From NCBI GenBank assembly GCA_963705505.1, contig CAVPJU010000010.1, positions 96,001 through 160,000 on the forward strand: DNA of 64,000 nucleotides. The letters are read 5' to 3'. The position numbers and the translations under genes are program-made. Positions within the stretch are counted from its first letter, which is position 1. The number at the start of each line of letters is the position of its first letter. The notes under the pieces are model-generated. The model made no database searches. It saw only the letters and a list, made by a program, of their open reading frames with translations, and was not told the origin of the DNA. This stretch comes from an uncultured bacterium. GTDB lineage: Bacteria; Desulfobacterota_D; UBA1144; Nemesobacterales; UBA2774. Positions 62,663 to 64,000 of this stretch are shown one piece after another.

Positions 62663-62838
62663 AACAGGTCAGGCGCGGACAAAATAGCCAGTCGGCCCGG
62701 CCGCTCTCCGCAATGGAGCGCTCGGACCTCTGTTGCAAGGAAATCTGATAAAACCAAAGAAGGCGAAAACAGCTAATCGATAGCAGCAGGTTTCCTGTAT
62801 GTTATTATTTGAAATCCGAAATTGCGAGGTACCGGAAC

Positions 62839-63555
62839 ATGCGGCCCGACGGCAGAGACTGGGACGAGCTCCGTCCCGTAAAAATAACGAGAGGAATAAT
62901 GAAATACGCTGAGGGATCGGCCCTCATTGAGACAGGAGAGACCAAAGTCCTGTGCACGGCGACGATTGAAGACAGGGTGCCGCCGTTCCTGAAAGATACG
63001 GGCAGGGGATGGGTGACGGCGGAATACTCGATGCTCCCGCGCTCGACAAAGGAGAGGATAACGAGGGACAGCGTAAGGGGGAGGATAGGCGGGAGGTCCC
63101 ACGAGATACAGAGGATAATCGGCAGGGCGCTCAGGTCCGTGATTGACCTCGATAAGCTCGGCGAAAGGTCGATCACGATTGACTGCGACGTGCTCCAGGC
63201 CGACGGCGGTACGAGGACGGCGGCTATCACCGGGGCCTTCGTCGCGCTTTCGGACGCGGTACTCAATCTCATAAGGGAAGGCGCTATAGAGGAGAACCCC
63301 ATCCTCGATTTCATCGCCGCCGTAAGCGTCGGCATCATAGGGGGCAAGCCCGCGCTCGACCTCAACTACGAGGAGGACTCGAAGGCTGAGGTCGACATGA
63401 ACGTCGCTATGACGGGGTCCGGACTTCTGGTAGAGGTGCAGGGTACGGCGGAAGGGAAGCCGTTCTCGAAAAGGAAGCTCAATTCCCTCTTAACGATGGC
63501 GGAAAAAGGCATATCCGAGCTTATCGGCAAGCAAAAAGAAATCCTCGCCGAATGA
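62839..63555 (+). CDS. rph: Ribonuclease PH
   Basis: [41 protein letters not shown]. Confidence 0.97.
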   Translation: MRPDGRDWDELRPVKITRGIMKYAEGSALIETGETKVLCTATIEDRVPPFLKDTGRGWVTAEYSMLPRSTKERITRDSVRGRIGGRSHEIQRIIGRALRSVIDLDKLGERSITIDCDVLQADGGTRTAAITGAFVALSDAVLNLIREGAIEENPILDFIAAVSVGIIGGKPALDLNYEEDSKAEVDMNVAMTGSGLLVEVQGTAEGKPFSKRKLNSLLTMAEKGISELIGKQKEILAE

Positions 63556-63574
63556 TCTTCATCCGGGCCTGACC

Positions 63575-64000
63575 ATGATAGAAGAGATAGTGCTCGCTAC
63601 GGGCAATAAGGGGAAGATAAGGGAGTTCACCGGGCTCCTCGAAGGCGCATTCGGGAAAATTGTTTCTCTTAACGATCTCGAATCGCCCCCAGAAGTAATT
63701 GAAGATGGCAAGACTTTCAAAGAGAACGCGCTAAAAAAGGCACGCGCGATAGCCGTTTATTCGGGCATACCCGCCCTCGCCGACGATTCCGGCCTCGAGG
63801 TCGAGGCTCTCGGGGGGAGGCCCGGGGTGTATTCGGCACGGTACGCGGGGGAGGGAGCGACGGACAGGGACAATATCAATAAGCTACTCCTTGAGCTTCG
63901 CGGCGTCGAGAACAGTAAGGCGAGGTTCGTATGCGTTCTCGCGCTTGTCACTCCGGAGGGAAAAGAGATCGTCGCCGAGGGAAGCTGCGAAGGAGTCATA
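63575..64000 (+). CDS. rdgB: Non-canonical purine NTP pyrophosphatase (partial, runs off the window)
   Basis: LATGNKGK, FKENALKKA, ADDSGLEVEALGGRPGVYSARYAG; follows rph. Confidence 0.93.
   Translation, partial: MIEEIVLATGNKGKIREFTGLLEGAFGKIVSLNDLESPPEVIEDGKTFKENALKKARAIAVYSGIPALADDSGLEVEALGGRPGVYSARYAGEGATDRDNINKLLLELRGVENSKARFVCVLALVTPEGKEIVAEGSCEGVI

Larger units (their letters stand above)
53563..62760. mobile_element. Integrase-less accessory island between ssrA and rph (approximate right boundary)
   Basis: Begins at the tmRNA CCA end, contains a partial ssrA duplicate and visibly AT-richer genes; flanked by core smpB/ssrA and rph/rdgB. Confidence 0.65.

Overview
A 64-kb bacterial chromosomal segment with a GC-rich core. 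Gene style suggests a Desulfobacterota/'Ca. Dadabacteria'-like organism, but that is inference only. At least 12 single- or double-base frameshifts occur, including in essential proS, which most likely reflects unpolished long-read sequence. In order, the window holds: (1) a stress cluster with sigma54-type promoters (four tandem-domain USPs, CBS protein, K+ channel, c-type cytochrome, Hsp20); (2) a MacAB/LolCDE-like exporter and Zn-ADH; (3) a CHAD–orphan ParA–CYTH operon, a candidate polyphosphate-granule positioning module; (4) an accessory patch with a ~90-bp duplicated gene 5' end flanking an F420-type oxidoreductase and a ParD relic; (5) housekeeping genes (eda, glgA, mqnC, ptsH/ptsI, a three-gene two-component cascade, proS, pyrF, clpB); (6) a DUF4258/YgiT TA-like pair, a nitroreductase + small RHH-like operon, dodecin, two phasin-like proteins and a sigma70 paralogue; (7) dtd–smpB–ssrA, a ~9-kb integrase-less insertion, then rph–rdgB. 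The insertion carries a GIY-YIG nuclease, ArsR/SRPBCC, a 193-bp internal copy of the tmRNA gene, a decayed XRE regulator and a six-gene Ehr/Hyf-like membrane complex. In that complex the large subunit lacks all Ni-binding cysteines and the NuoB-like small subunit has lost three of four [4Fe-4S] cysteines. This apparently redox-cofactor-free complex-I relative is the most striking candidate for an undescribed system. Modular REP-like palindromes fill many intergenic gaps. No CRISPR array, rRNA, tRNA or integrase was seen.
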